From positions 1 through 64,000 of the forward strand of contig JBEKYR010000010.1 of the NCBI GenBank assembly GCA_049510745.1: DNA of 64,000 bases, written 5' to 3'. Below, in pieces: positions 1-10,318 of this stretch. The notes beneath the pieces are model-generated. The model saw only the letters and a program-made list of their open reading frames with translations. It did no database searches and was not told the origin of the DNA. Source of the DNA: Verrucomicrobiota bacterium. Its GTDB lineage: Bacteria; Verrucomicrobiota; Verrucomicrobiia; Limisphaerales; Palsa-1400. Within the stretch, counting starts at the first letter, position 1. Each line of letters opens with the position of its first letter. The translations under genes were made by a program, and so were the position numbers.

Positions 1-27
1 CTAACCATTACAGGAACTGCGAGTGGC

Positions 28-3000
28 GTGGTGAGCTTTTCGTTCACTGAAAACCTGACGAGTCCAAGCCGCACGGCCCATATCAGTTTACTCAGCCTGA
101 GTATTCCCGTGACACAGAGCGGTCCAACATTCTCGCTTGGCACTTCAGCTCTTGTTGAAGGGCCTGGATCTGGAAGCGATAGTGTGACAGTGGCGGTGAC
201 TCCAAATTTCGGCATCTGGACAGCTAGCACCAATGCCTTCTGGTTGCATCTTAGCCCATCAAATCAGAGCGGCACAGGCAGCACGAATATTATTTTCAGT
301 TTCGATGCGAATCCGGGGATGACGCGCGCCGCTACGCTCACCATCGCCGGTCAAAACGTCACTGTCACGCAGGCTGGTTCGAGCTATGTTTCGGCGGAAC
401 CGTTGACAGCACTGCTAACTTCCAATCTGTCTAACCCTACGGGGGTAGCGGTGGACGCGGAGGGGAATGTCTATTTCGCCGATACGGCTGATAATCGAGT
501 TGAGAAGTGGCAGATCTTGAGCAATACCGTGACGCCGTTGGTCTCGGGACTCGACAGCCCTATGGGCATCGCTGTGGATGCAGTGGGCGATGTTTACATT
601 GCCGACACCGGCAACAACGCGATCAAGGTGTTGTCAGGCGGCACCAGCAATCTGACCACATTGGTGTCGGGCCTCAACAGACCTTCTGCGGTAGCGGTGG
701 ATTCCGCGGGTAACGTTTACATCGCCGACACCGGCAACAATGCTATTGAGGAATTCTCCGCAGCGAGCAACAGTCTAAGGACTCTCGTGTCGGGATTGAA
801 TGCCCCTGCTGGTGTAGCAATAGATGTGGCGGGCAACCTTTACATTGCCGATAGTGGCGACAACATCATCAAGGAATGGTCGGCGGCGAGCAGGAATCTG
901 ACGACGCTGGTAACCGGATTGAGCCAACCGGCGGGAGTGGCCGTCAGTGGCGCGGGGGATGTCTATATTGCAGATACCGGCAATAACGCCATCAAGGAGT
1001 GGTCGGCGGCCAACAGTAGTGTCGTCTCGCTGCCAGCTTTGGGATTGGACGGACCCTCTGGCATAGCTGTGGATTCCACTGGAAATGTATATATCGCCGA
1101 TACGACGAACAATCTGATCCGGGAACTGCCGCACGCGTTCGTAAACCCGGCTGCGAAATCAGAAAATGCGAATGCAGGCAATGATACGTTGCCAACAGTA
1201 TTACCCAGCACGGAGAATCTCCTTGCCCCGTTCGCTCCCGCAAGCAGTCAGTCATGGTTGACTGTCACTGGAATCAACGGTGGGGTGGTGTTCTTTTCTT
1301 TCACCGCCAATACTGGATTATCCCGCTCGGCCCAAATATCATTGCTCGGGCAGGAGATCTCCATTACCCAGGCGGCGGCAAAAGTCAGCACGCCCGTGTT
1401 TGGCCCCCCGTCCGGGACAGGTCTCACCAACGGGTCGCTAATATCAATCAGCTGCGCGACGCCCGGAGCAGTAATCTATTATTCCACCAACGGATCCGTG
1501 AGCACCAACTCCACTGTTTACACGACGCCGATCGCCTTCACGGGACCAGGCCCTCTGACTATTAATGCGCTGGCGATTGCCAATGGATATACCGGAACCA
1601 GTACAGCCACCGCAACATACTCCTTTCCACAAGTGGCAGAGCCTGTTTTCATCCCGTCGTCGGGACCAATCACGAACGGCACCTCTGTCTCGATAGCTTG
1701 TGCCACCCCGGGCGCAACAATCTATTATACATTAGATGGAAGCACTCCGTCCACCAACTCCACCCAATACTTAACTGCCCTGGTGATAAACGGGGGTACC
1801 ACCTTAAACGCCTGTGCCGTCGCACCAAATTACATCGAGAGCGCCGTGATGAGCGTCACTTATACACTGGCCCAAACGGGGCTCCCGCAGTTTACACCCA
1901 TTCAGGGCCCGGTGCCCAATGGGACATTGATTTCGATCACCACTACGAACAGCAGCGCGACGATGTATTATACGATTGACGGATCCACGCCAACCACTAA
2001 CTCGCCAATTTATACTCAACCTATTCCATTCACAAATCAATTCACCTTACAGGCACAGGCTTTTGCCAACGGATTTGCACCAAGTCAAGTGGCGTCCGCA
2101 TTCTTTGGACTTTTGGATCTGGTATCCAATGTTGCCGTGACCACCTTCGCAGGCAGTCCAACTGCCGGTTTTACGGATGGAATAGGGACCGCTGCCGCAT
2201 TTTCGCTTCCAGAGGGCATTTGCATCGACTCCAACGGGAATTTTTTTGTCTCTGACACTGGAAATAACTCTATCCGCAAAATTTTGCCCTCTGGCCAAGT
2301 GATCACCTATGCCGGCAACGGAACGGTGCTCAACTCTCAAAGTCCCTCTGCCACCAACGCGTTTTTCAATGGACCAACTGGCATTTGCGTCGATGAGACA
2401 GGAAACGTTTACGTCGCGGACGGCGGCAACAATAACCGCATCTGCAAAATCGGCCCCAATGGGACTTTTTCCACATTTGCTGACCTTACACCATCCGGGA
2501 ATAACGCAGCCGGCTTGGGACAGCTTATCGAGGGGCCAGGGGGCAATCTATATGCTGGAGAGTGGGCAAAGGCAGTAAAGATTTTCACGAAGGGCTCATT
2601 CCAAACTTTGGCGGGGACCAGTTGCAATTGTGGAGGAGGGTGGGGAGTCAGTGTCAGCCTGGCGTTGGATTCGGCCACCAACCTTTACGCCGCCACGTCG
2701 GATAACGTCTGGCTGATTTCGCCGAACGATTCTGTCAGTTTGCTGGCCGGCGGAAGCAGTCAATTCTCCGATGGGCCTGCCTTACAGGCAGGATTTATAA
2801 GTTTGACAGGCGAAGCAATAGACGCTTCGAGCAATATTTATCTGGGTGACACCGTTTGCATCCGGAAAATTAGCCCATCCGGCTGGGTCAGCACTGTTGC
2901 CGGCACAGGCGTGGCAGGCTACGCGGACGGACCTGGCTTCGCCGCGCAATTTAACGGTGGCTACCCCTGGTATTTAGGGGCGATTTCGCAAATGGGAATC

Positions 3001-3300
3001 TGTATCGATTCCGTCGGAAATCTTTATGTTGCGGATATAGCTAATAACTGCATTCGCAAGATATCCTTTAACACTGTGGCGCTTCCCCGTTTGCAGGTTA
3101 CTAGCTCAACAAACCTAATAATATTAATGTGGCCAGCTTGGGCCAATAATTACATCCTGGAATCCAGCATGACACTATCGGAAGGTGGGTCGTGGTTGCC
3201 GGTGACCAACGGCGCCGTGACGTTGCAAGGCGGGACAAATTTTGGTTGGACGGGTCAGATCGGAAGGGGGGATCTGTTTTACAGACTCCACAGTCCGTGA
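28..3300 (+). CDS. Large secreted/surface protein with BACON-like Ig domains, NHL beta-propeller repeats and three chitobiase/Fn3-associated domains; probably 5'-truncated by the window edge
   Basis: Repeated P-x-G-V-A-V-D-x-x-G-N-V-Y-I-A-D-T-G-N-N NHL motifs; 'ATIYYTLDGSTPSTNS' repeats; WL...SFTANTGLSRSAQISL BACON-like segments; C-terminal ...FYRLHSP tail; the frame is open back to position 1. Confidence 0.85.
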   Translation: MVSFSFTENLTSPSRTAHISLLSLSIPVTQSGPTFSLGTSALVEGPGSGSDSVTVAVTPNFGIWTASTNAFWLHLSPSNQSGTGSTNIIFSFDANPGMTRAATLTIAGQNVTVTQAGSSYVSAEPLTALLTSNLSNPTGVAVDAEGNVYFADTADNRVEKWQILSNTVTPLVSGLDSPMGIAVDAVGDVYIADTGNNAIKVLSGGTSNLTTLVSGLNRPSAVAVDSAGNVYIADTGNNAIEEFSAASNSLRTLVSGLNAPAGVAIDVAGNLYIADSGDNIIKEWSAASRNLTTLVTGLSQPAGVAVSGAGDVYIADTGNNAIKEWSAANSSVVSLPALGLDGPSGIAVDSTGNVYIADTTNNLIRELPHAFVNPAAKSENANAGNDTLPTVLPSTENLLAPFAPASSQSWLTVTGINGGVVFFSFTANTGLSRSAQISLLGQEISITQAAAKVSTPVFGPPSGTGLTNGSLISISCATPGAVIYYSTNGSVSTNSTVYTTPIAFTGPGPLTINALAIANGYTGTSTATATYSFPQVAEPVFIPSSGPITNGTSVSIACATPGATIYYTLDGSTPSTNSTQYLTALVINGGTTLNACAVAPNYIESAVMSVTYTLAQTGLPQFTPIQGPVPNGTLISITTTNSSATMYYTIDGSTPTTNSPIYTQPIPFTNQFTLQAQAFANGFAPSQVASAFFGLLDLVSNVAVTTFAGSPTAGFTDGIGTAAAFSLPEGICIDSNGNFFVSDTGNNSIRKILPSGQVITYAGNGTVLNSQSPSATNAFFNGPTGICVDETGNVYVADGGNNNRICKIGPNGTFSTFADLTPSGNNAAGLGQLIEGPGGNLYAGEWAKAVKIFTKGSFQTLAGTSCNCGGGWGVSVSLALDSATNLYAATSDNVWLISPNDSVSLLAGGSSQFSDGPALQAGFISLTGEAIDASSNIYLGDTVCIRKISPSGWVSTVAGTGVAGYADGPGFAAQFNGGYPWYLGAISQMGICIDSVGNLYVADIANNCIRKISFNTVALPRLQVTSSTNLIILMWPAWANNYILESSMTLSEGGSWLPVTNGAVTLQGGTNFGWTGQIGRGDLFYRLHSP

Positions 3301-3371
3301 TGTTCTTAACCTCTCGGTCAGGACCCTCTGGCATGGCACTCTCAGAGGCGCAAAAACCGCATTGCCATCGC

Positions 3372-3505
3372 GGGTATTCAATTCTTTTGGTGTTTTCGCT
3401 TACGATGCCCTGTCCTTCGAGATAACGCAAACCTAGCACAAATTGTGCGCCGGCCATTCCTTGACCAGCTTTTTGATTCAAACTCTTCATAACTCTTTCA
3501 TCCAT
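3372..3505 (-). pseudogene. Isolated Sel1 repeat fragment
   Basis: Translation 'KAGQGMAGAQFVLGLRYLEGQGI' is one Sel1-like repeat with no intact gene context. Confidence 0.5.
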
Positions 3506-3630
3506 GCTCGGGAAATGCAATTGATCATGGGCAGATTTGATATTTGTCTTTGTTGATGGACTTGACGAAGGGGCCGAGTTCCGATCCGACAAAAATGCCA
3601 GGACGGTGATTCAGAGAACAAAATCCCATC

Positions 3631-3852
3631 TTGGCCGCTGATCACACATTCTTTTCCTCCACATCCAAGCATCAGAGAATCCGCGGGCCTGAGCTGCATG
3701 AACGCTCGGTCAGGGTGTTTGTGGAACAGGCTTTGGAACGTCAAGCTGGTGAAGTGTTAACGTTGACAGATGCCTACCTACATTTCTGTGAAGATCTGAA
3801 AAGCAAGAACATGCCGCCGGTTAATCGTAAGGTGTTCAAGATGTTGGTTTAG
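3631..3852 (+). pseudogene. Fragment resembling the C-terminal winged-helix of P4/D5-family primase-helicases
   Basis: 'SVRVFVEQALERQAGEVLTLTDAYLHFCEDLKSKNMPPVNRKVF' resembles the D5 C-terminal pattern; it ends abruptly at the convergent Sel1 gene. Confidence 0.4.
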
Positions 3853-5648
3853 CGCCCCAAATGGCCATTTTCTTGCTGATAATCAGGGTTTCTTTCCCAG
3901 TCTTTTACCATGGGATCTATAACGGGAACCGGAAGAGCGTTGAAGTGTTTCACCCGGCGATCTACCTCACTTTGCTCGACTGCCCCCAAACGTGACCACA
4001 CGTTGGAAAAATTTACTTTAGCGCGTTGCAGGGTCTTGGTATCAGTTGCTCCAGATTCCGCCAACCGACACCACATGGCAGCCTCCACCAAATTTGTTGT
4101 GCTCAAATCGCCATTCAGGATGGCAAATCCCAAATCATTTTGCGCTGAGGCATATCCATGTTCTGCCGCGCCACGCAACAATGTTTCGGCTTCCGTCTTG
4201 TCTTGTTTCATATCCGTCCCGCGAATCAGCATGACTGCCAAGACAGCTTGCGCTTGTAAATTATCGTGTTGCGCAGCGCGGCGAATCCATTTGATCGCTT
4301 CAGCCGAATCTTTGGGATACGATGGCCATCCCGGGCCTGGCGGAGCACCATTGAAATAGCATTGAAACAGGAAATATTCAGCTCGCCCCCAACCGTTTTC
4401 CGCCGCCTTAGCCAACCATTGCTTTCCACTTTCAAAATCCGGCGCCCCGACATCGCGCCGAAAGCAACTCATCGCGCACTGAAATTGGGCGTCGCGATGA
4501 CCTGCCTGTGCCGCCCGCAACATATAATCATTGGCCAATGCCATTGATGCCTGGTTGGTCTTATCGTCAAGGTAATGCAATGACAAATCATAAAATGCTC
4601 TGGGATCGTTCTTGGCGGCTGATTTGCGATACCACATCAGCGAGCTTTCAGCGTCCTTGGGCACGCCGTCACCGGTTCGATAAGCCGAGCCCATACTAAA
4701 CTCCGCCTCGGTAGAGCCCAAAGTCGCCGCTTTGAAGCGCCAATCGTGATAATTGTCGAGGTTGGACTCCACGCCCCATCCGTGATAATAGCAAACGGAC
4801 ATCCAATAAGATGCCAGTGGGTCGCCCAATTCAGCGCTTCGTTTGAACCATTGAAACGCTTCGGCCGTTGCGGCCGGCTGCGGAGATTTCATCCTGCATA
4901 ATACCCCCAAATTATACATGGCCCGAGGATTGCCACCTTCTTTTGCGGCCCGTGTGAACCAGTATTTGGCCGCGTCCAAATCCTTATCCAGCCCCATGCC
5001 CTCCATGAGGAAGTAGCCGAGGTCTTTCATCGCTGCATAATTCGTCTGTTCGGCTGCACGGCGATACCATTTGGCAGCCATAGCCAAATCCGGCGTCGTG
5101 CCCACACCGAAATGATAACACCCGGCCATATGGAGTTGGGCTTCGGAGTAACCCCTGTCCGCCGCCACGCTGAACCAGTGAAAAGCCTCCTTGGAATCAG
5201 CTTGGACAAATTTACCGTTCTCGTACAGCAATCCCAAATTGAACATGGCTGGAATATACCCCTTGTCTGCCGAGCTGCGTAACAACTCCAACCCCGTCTT
5301 TGCCTCCTGCGGAGAACGACTTTGAGTGAGCAGGGCAATTCCCCATAAGCCTTTCGCCGCGTTGTTGCCGCGCCGACTCTCTTGGCACAGTAAATTGGTC
5401 ATCTTTTGAAAACTTTCAATGCCATTTGCCAGATATTTGGCGGGCAGAGCCGCTTTGGCCATCACCAGCCAATTGGTTGACAGTATGCCATCAAACGCAT
5501 GAGCTGGCACCACATCATGGCTGATATTAGGCTCATGTGTGCGGCACGATGCCAGCAAAAGCAACGCAGGTATGAGAGGGAGAAGTTTTCGAAAAATGCG
5601 GTGCATGCTATAGAATTTAGTCAAGGAGGTCTCAAAGGGATCATGCAT
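3849..5648 (-). CDS. Sel1 repeat (tetratricopeptide-like) protein, probable lipoprotein
   Basis: Many A(M/Q)xxLGxxYxxGxGVxxDxxxAxxWxxxAA repeats; LLLASC lipobox after a hydrophobic stretch; true start may be MHRIF. Confidence 0.9.
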   Translation of the reverse strand: MHDPFETSLTKFYSMHRIFRKLLPLIPALLLLASCRTHEPNISHDVVPAHAFDGILSTNWLVMAKAALPAKYLANGIESFQKMTNLLCQESRRGNNAAKGLWGIALLTQSRSPQEAKTGLELLRSSADKGYIPAMFNLGLLYENGKFVQADSKEAFHWFSVAADRGYSEAQLHMAGCYHFGVGTTPDLAMAAKWYRRAAEQTNYAAMKDLGYFLMEGMGLDKDLDAAKYWFTRAAKEGGNPRAMYNLGVLCRMKSPQPAATAEAFQWFKRSAELGDPLASYWMSVCYYHGWGVESNLDNYHDWRFKAATLGSTEAEFSMGSAYRTGDGVPKDAESSLMWYRKSAAKNDPRAFYDLSLHYLDDKTNQASMALANDYMLRAAQAGHRDAQFQCAMSCFRRDVGAPDFESGKQWLAKAAENGWGRAEYFLFQCYFNGAPPGPGWPSYPKDSAEAIKWIRRAAQHDNLQAQAVLAVMLIRGTDMKQDKTEAETLLRGAAEHGYASAQNDLGFAILNGDLSTTNLVEAAMWCRLAESGATDTKTLQRAKVNFSNVWSRLGAVEQSEVDRRVKHFNALPVPVIDPMVKDWERNPDYQQENGHLGR

Positions 5649-6017
5649 TAGGGCGTTGTGTTGTTAACCGAGCTTTCCTGCTCTTGCTATCGGAAAGCCC
5701 ATATTGGGTGTTTCTCGTTCCTGCACAGGAAACGGTCTCTATGAGGGTGGCGTCTGATTCGCCAGCTTCCAGAGACGCCGCGTTCGCTCATATCAGAAGA
5801 CAATAACCCTGATGCTTGAAACTCCCGTGGGAGTGAATCAAAATCAGCCGTTCCCCATGACGCAGCCATCGCGGAAAGTTTTTTGAACTTTTTGCTTATT
5901 GGAAGCAAGGAAATAATGACAATATTGTACAGCAATCCCATAACCTGCTTTCCCATAAGATGATACACGGCATCTGATCCCCCAGTTCCAGCCTGTGCAG
6001 GGTCGAATCGTCCACCG

Positions 6018-6170
6018 TTAATGCTGTGCAGGGAAGATGTCCTGAACTGAACAATGGAGCCGGTCCATGATTAGCTGGAGCTTTTTCAGCGTAATGCTCT
6101 GCTGGCCATTATCCAATCTGAACTGGTTGGAGGGAGTCATTCCGAGCATTTTGGTCAATATTTGGTCAAT
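6018..6170 (-). pseudogene. Truncated XRE/Cro-type HTH regulator
   Basis: 'KMLGMTPSNQFRLDNGQQSITLKKLQLIMDRLHCSVQDIFP' is the C-terminal part of an XRE HTH; the N-terminal helix is missing. Confidence 0.55.
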
Positions 6171-6381
6171 ATAGTATAGAACGTTCCATCTCTGCCCTGA
6201 TGCAGAGGGCATTGATCCCAGGGTGGTGGCGGATTGGCAGGGACACCGGGACGCTACGCTCATTCTGCGGGTCTATGGCGCTTGGGTGAATCAGGACCAT
6301 GCTCGGAGGATGGCGGCGTTAATGGCCTGACCACCCAGCCCTGCCAAGCCCCAAACCAGCCAGCGTCGCAGAACGGTCACG

Positions 6382-7830
6382 TCACGGCGAGCGGAGGCGA
6401 TAGAAGCGACCGGGATAATTCGTCCACTGCGAGTCACTGAAATAAAACGGATCGCCCGTGAGAGTGTTGGTCTGAAGTGGCAGCCAAATGAAAGAAGTTA
6501 AATCAGTGCAAGCATCAACAACTACGACTTGATTGGAAATGCCTGTTACATCAAACCCAAAAGCATTGGATTGTATTCCGAAATTACCATCACTCATAAT
6601 TTGCGGCAACACTGTCAATCCCAAAACCACACCGCCGCCGCTGCTTCCGCCATCCACCGCCGTTCCGTAAAGTGTATTGCTGCTCAACACAAATTTCGAA
6701 TCGCATTGGTAGCCGATGCTCGCATTAAAATTTATCAGCGTTGTAAAATCCGTGCCGTTGGTCAGAATCATAAAAATGGTCCCATCGTTCGAGAGACCGC
6801 CCGCGCCGGTTGACCCATAGAGAGTGTTGCCATTGAGCAGCAGGGTATTGCGGGGAAAAGCGCCGTCATTATGCAGAAAATCATGTAGGTTCACAAAGCC
6901 AGTGCCATTGGTCGTTTATTTGAAGATATTCCCGCAAGCTCCGGCACCTCCGCCAACCGTAACTCCGTAGAGCATATCGCCGTTCAAAGTCAATCCTGCC
7001 ACCGGTGCCGCCCCATCGCTGTTGGTGCCAATGCCGCTGATACCTGAGAAATATTTCAGAACCGTATAATTGCTCCCATCCGTTTGCATGGCGAACACGA
7101 CTCCATTGGAAGTGCCGCCATGATACGTCGTGCCGTAGAGCGCGCTGCCGTCCAAAACCAAGCCGCCAGTTGGATGCGCGCCATCGGTGTTGGTTCCGGA
7201 AAGCAATGGATTTCCGCTGACGTTGTTTGTGCCAAGAAACGTGGCTGAAAATGATTTGATAACCGTAAATCCTGACCCATCAGTATTGATTTTGAAAATG
7301 GTACCGTTGCCATTCGCGCCGCCGTAATCAGCCGTTCCGTAAAGCGTGTTGCCATCCGTCACCAAATCCGCTTGTGGCCGGTTGCCATCGCTGTTGGTGC
7401 CCCAAATTGTCGGCACTGTCGCCGAAAAGCTATGCATCTCAAAGTAACCGCTACCGTCGGTATTTATTTTGAAAATGTTTCCATTGTTGGCCGACCCACC
7501 AGTGCAGGTCGTCCCATAAAGTGTGTTGCCAATTATAACCATTCCGCCTTCGGGACTGGGGCTGTTGGTCAAACTTCGGATAATGCCATACCCGCTGCCG
7601 TCGGTATTGATCTTGAAAATGGTGCCGTTGCCATTTGTGCCGCCGCTGGCAGTGGTTCCATAAAGCGTGTTGCCACCAAGGACCAAATCTGTCAGCGGAG
7701 CATAGCCATCTTGGTAAGTAGCTCCAAAATTATGCAGGATATTATAGGATTGCGCGAATAAGCTGGTGCCATTCAGGGTCAGCACCACACACGGCAGCCA
7801 GATTTGAAGCAGAGATCGTTTGGCTTTCAT
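6382..7830 (-). pseudogene. GloVer (Gloeobacter/Verrucomicrobia, TIGR03803-type) repeat secreted protein split by one in-frame TAA at 6916-6918
   Basis: Repeats 'GNTLYGTTxxGGxNGNGTIFKINTDGSG'; ORFs 6916..7830 and 6382..6894 are in the same frame (NIFK*TTNGTGFVNLHDF); C-terminal ...PGRFYRLRSP. Confidence 0.85.
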
Positions 7831-8202
7831 GAAATCTCACCTTTGATTTCGGGAACACGACCGGAAACAACCAGATGGACGTGCGAAACGTCTATTTCCT
7901 GGGAACTCCCGGTTTCTCCGGCACTGTTGGCCCGTGCAGACTCATTGACTTTGAACCTATCATAGCACGCTCATTCGTTCACAGTTTCCCAATTCTGTCA
8001 ATCCACACGTTTTGCTTATTGATTGGCAACATATGGTGACGTATTTGCCTCAACACCGGAGCGAGGTCTCATATTCACATGCAACGGGGCCATTGATCGT
8101 TGTCTTCCCGACCCCTCCCCCATCCAGAATCCCTCGTAAAATTGGGATAATAATTGGGTGACGATTTAGCTCGCAGCTTCTTCGACCACGTCACCCACGT
8201 CC

Positions 8203-8234
8203 AGCCCCGGTGCCTTAACCAGCATGGGGCTTTT
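8203..8234 (+). terminator. Intrinsic terminator-like hairpin upstream of the sigma-like gene
   Basis: AGCCCCGGTGC-cttaacca-GCATGGGGCT imperfect stem followed by a T run. Confidence 0.45.
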
Positions 8235-8268
8235 CGTTTCCATTAATCCCACACAAAAGGAATTTCAA

Positions 8269-8997
8269 ATGTCCCCAGAATCAGGATTTTTATTACAAGA
8301 TCAAATCGTCCCCCGCCTCGAATCCGCCATCCCACACAACGTCAATTTCGTCGGCAGTGAAGATGCCCAGGAATTGGTCCAAGACGCAACGTGTATCGCT
8401 GCGAAGATGATGCACAACGCTGAACTGGCAGGGAAGAAGGTGGTCCAGTCCGCAAGCAATCGAGGCAAAGCGGTCAAGCAGGTCAAAGAAGTCACAGCAG
8501 GCAACATCGCCTATTACACCATCGTCAAGCTCAGAAATGGACGGCGTTCAAATGGCTATGTCACGGCAGATGTCTATGGCGCTGGGACACAAATCAATGG
8601 CAGAACCCGCCTCACTTCACTGGATGAGGTCGTGGCCCAGGATGAGGAAACTGGCGGCGAGATCTTTCTGCTCCGTGACGTGCTGGCTGATGACCAAGAC
8701 GATCCAGCGACGAAAGCCACCCGCAAAATGGATTGGGAAATGTTCCTGGCTGGTCTGTCCGAGCGTGAGGTGCTCGCTATCCAATTCTTGGTGGAAGGCA
8801 AGACTCTCCGACACGCAGCTCATGTTTTGAGGACCAGCGATTCCTCGATGCAGGCCAGCAAACGAGATCTGAGAGCGAAGGTCCTCGAATTCATGGGCTT
8901 CGACATTCTGGCCCAAGTTCAACGCCGGCCTCAATGGAAGGACGGCCTGGATGCGACCAGGGAAAAGATGGCTGTGCGGTATGCTCGTTGCCATTGA
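8269..8997 (+). CDS. Sigma-factor-like / C-terminal HTH DNA-binding protein
   Basis: AAAGGA RBS before ATG 8269; 'EDAQELVQD' resembles sigma region 2; 'LSEREVLAIQFLVEGKTLRHAAHVL' is a sigma-4/LuxR-like HTH. Confidence 0.6.
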   Translation: MSPESGFLLQDQIVPRLESAIPHNVNFVGSEDAQELVQDATCIAAKMMHNAELAGKKVVQSASNRGKAVKQVKEVTAGNIAYYTIVKLRNGRRSNGYVTADVYGAGTQINGRTRLTSLDEVVAQDEETGGEIFLLRDVLADDQDDPATKATRKMDWEMFLAGLSEREVLAIQFLVEGKTLRHAAHVLRTSDSSMQASKRDLRAKVLEFMGFDILAQVQRRPQWKDGLDATREKMAVRYARCH

Positions 8998-9261
8998 CCA
9001 ACAACACTATGGCCAGGTTAATCCTCTGATTGATCGGGCTGCTTCTCATAATACCGCCCCGCCACCCACTTCTGTTACTCCTTGCTAAGGCTGAGTGATG
9101 GAGGCGGGTGGCGGGGCAGGTTGGAATCCAAAGCTTAGCTATGAGATTGTTTGATGCGGTAGCAACAACCACATCGGAGTTTTCGTGCCGGGTTGGTGCC
9201 GTTCGCACGCGCTGATCGCCGACGCCGTGGAATCCACCGCGGATATTTTCAGTTCCATCAG

Positions 9262-9404
9262 AGGTCAGCCGGGGGGGGCATAATAGCTGCCGCAGAAATT
9301 CCGCCCGGTTTCGATCAGCCCTTGAAGGATGCCGCGCCCCAGCATTAGCGATCCACCTCCCCGAGCACGATGTCGATGCTGCCCAGGATAATGACCACGT
9401 CCGT
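9262..9404 (-). pseudogene. nuoD: Fragment spanning the nuoD 3' end and a coupled nuoI-like 5' end
   Basis: Minus strand reads TDVVIILGSIDIVLGEVDR* (conserved NuoD C-terminus), overlapped via TAATG with MLGRGILQGLIETGRNFCGSYYAPP. Confidence 0.7.
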
Positions 9405-9589
9405 GGTTCACTCCCTTTCCGCTGCTGGTCTTTTCTCTCCGATATTTTCGTAAATTGCCGATGGCCCAAAGGTGTCTAAAGATGTCCCGTTATGGAATAG
9501 ACAAACAACACGCCCGCCACACAGTGAGATTAGGGAAATGGCTGTGACTATAGGAAATAATAACAAAAACTAATAACAAAAAGAATGCT

Positions 9590-9838
9590 ATGAAAAGAAT
9601 ATTTGAAACAGTGGCGAGTTATATTTTGTGCGTGAGTGCTTTCGGGTCGGTCTCCTACGATGCGCAAAATGGGCACTATTATGAAGTGGTTTCAGCTCCG
9701 GGGGTTGGTTGGATGAACGCCGAGCAGTATGCGCTGACTATGTATTATAACGGTTTAGAAGGCCATTTGGTGATCATCACTAGCGCCGATGAGAATGCCT
9801 CCGTTATGAATGTGGTCCAACGTGCTGGGTTATCATAA
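9590..9838 (+). pseudogene. Truncated secreted C-type lectin-like protein
   Basis: Signal peptide followed by 'NGHYYEVV...WMNAEQYA...GHLVIITSADEN'; stops before the WIG motif. Confidence 0.6.
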
Positions 9839-10194
9839 CGAATTCTTTTCGTCACACTACGAAACCCTAAATCTGCCTATCGAATATCGCACCGAAATAT
9901 CCGGGCAAAGCGCACCGGGCGCACCTCCAAAATCACGGTGATCGTGCCTTTCCGAGCGAAGATGAGTCGCGTTCGCCGGCCACCGCCCCCCAAAAAACGC
10001 CGCGCACACCCCCAAACCGCGGGCAATTTAATGAAAATCACGAGCGCAGATTTGCCAGAGATTTGCCAAATTTCCCACAAAATGACAGGAACGGAGAGAC
10101 AGGCGAATGCACCAAGATGCATACCGCAAAAACCGACAAACGCATAAAACCCTTTATTTACAGGCATTTTATGCGTATCCCCTTGAAAATGAAG

Positions 10195-10271
10195 TGGTGC
10201 CAGCGAGTGGAATCGAACCACTGACCTCGGGCTTATGAGTCCCACGCTCTAACCAACTGAGCTACGCTGGC
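10195..10271 (-). tRNA. tRNA with CAT anticodon, most likely elongator tRNA-Met (Ile2 not excluded)
   Basis: Reverse complement GCCAGCGTAGCTCAGTTGGTTAGAGCGTGGGACTCATAAGCCCGAGGTCAGTGGTTCGATTCCACTCGCTGGCACCA; G1-C72 paired, so not fMet; CCA encoded. Confidence 0.95.
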
Positions 10272-10318
10272 TGCGCGCCTTATACTTCGCGGAGAACCGC
10301 GCCCTTGTCAAACCGCAT

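Larger units (their letters stand above)
1..10194. mobile_element. Genomic island remnant at the tRNA 3' end; left boundary outside the window
   Basis: Visible drop in GC left of the tRNA, many pseudogene fragments, tandem ATTTGCCA repeats and a CGCATAAAA...TTTTATGCG inverted repeat next to the tRNA end. Confidence 0.7.

Noticed and set aside
5687..5968. 93-aa ORF in the island
   Set aside because: No recognisable motif or translation signal; probably decayed or non-coding
6916..6918. Programmed readthrough or Sec/Pyl recoding
   Set aside because: The codon is TAA, not TGA or TAG, and TAA is a normal stop elsewhere in the window
9840..10060. Integrase C-terminal remnant next to the tRNA
   Set aside because: No catalytic R/H/Y motifs recognisable in any frame
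10195..10271. Initiator tRNA-fMet
   Set aside because: G1-C72 is paired; initiator tRNAs have a C1:A72 mismatch
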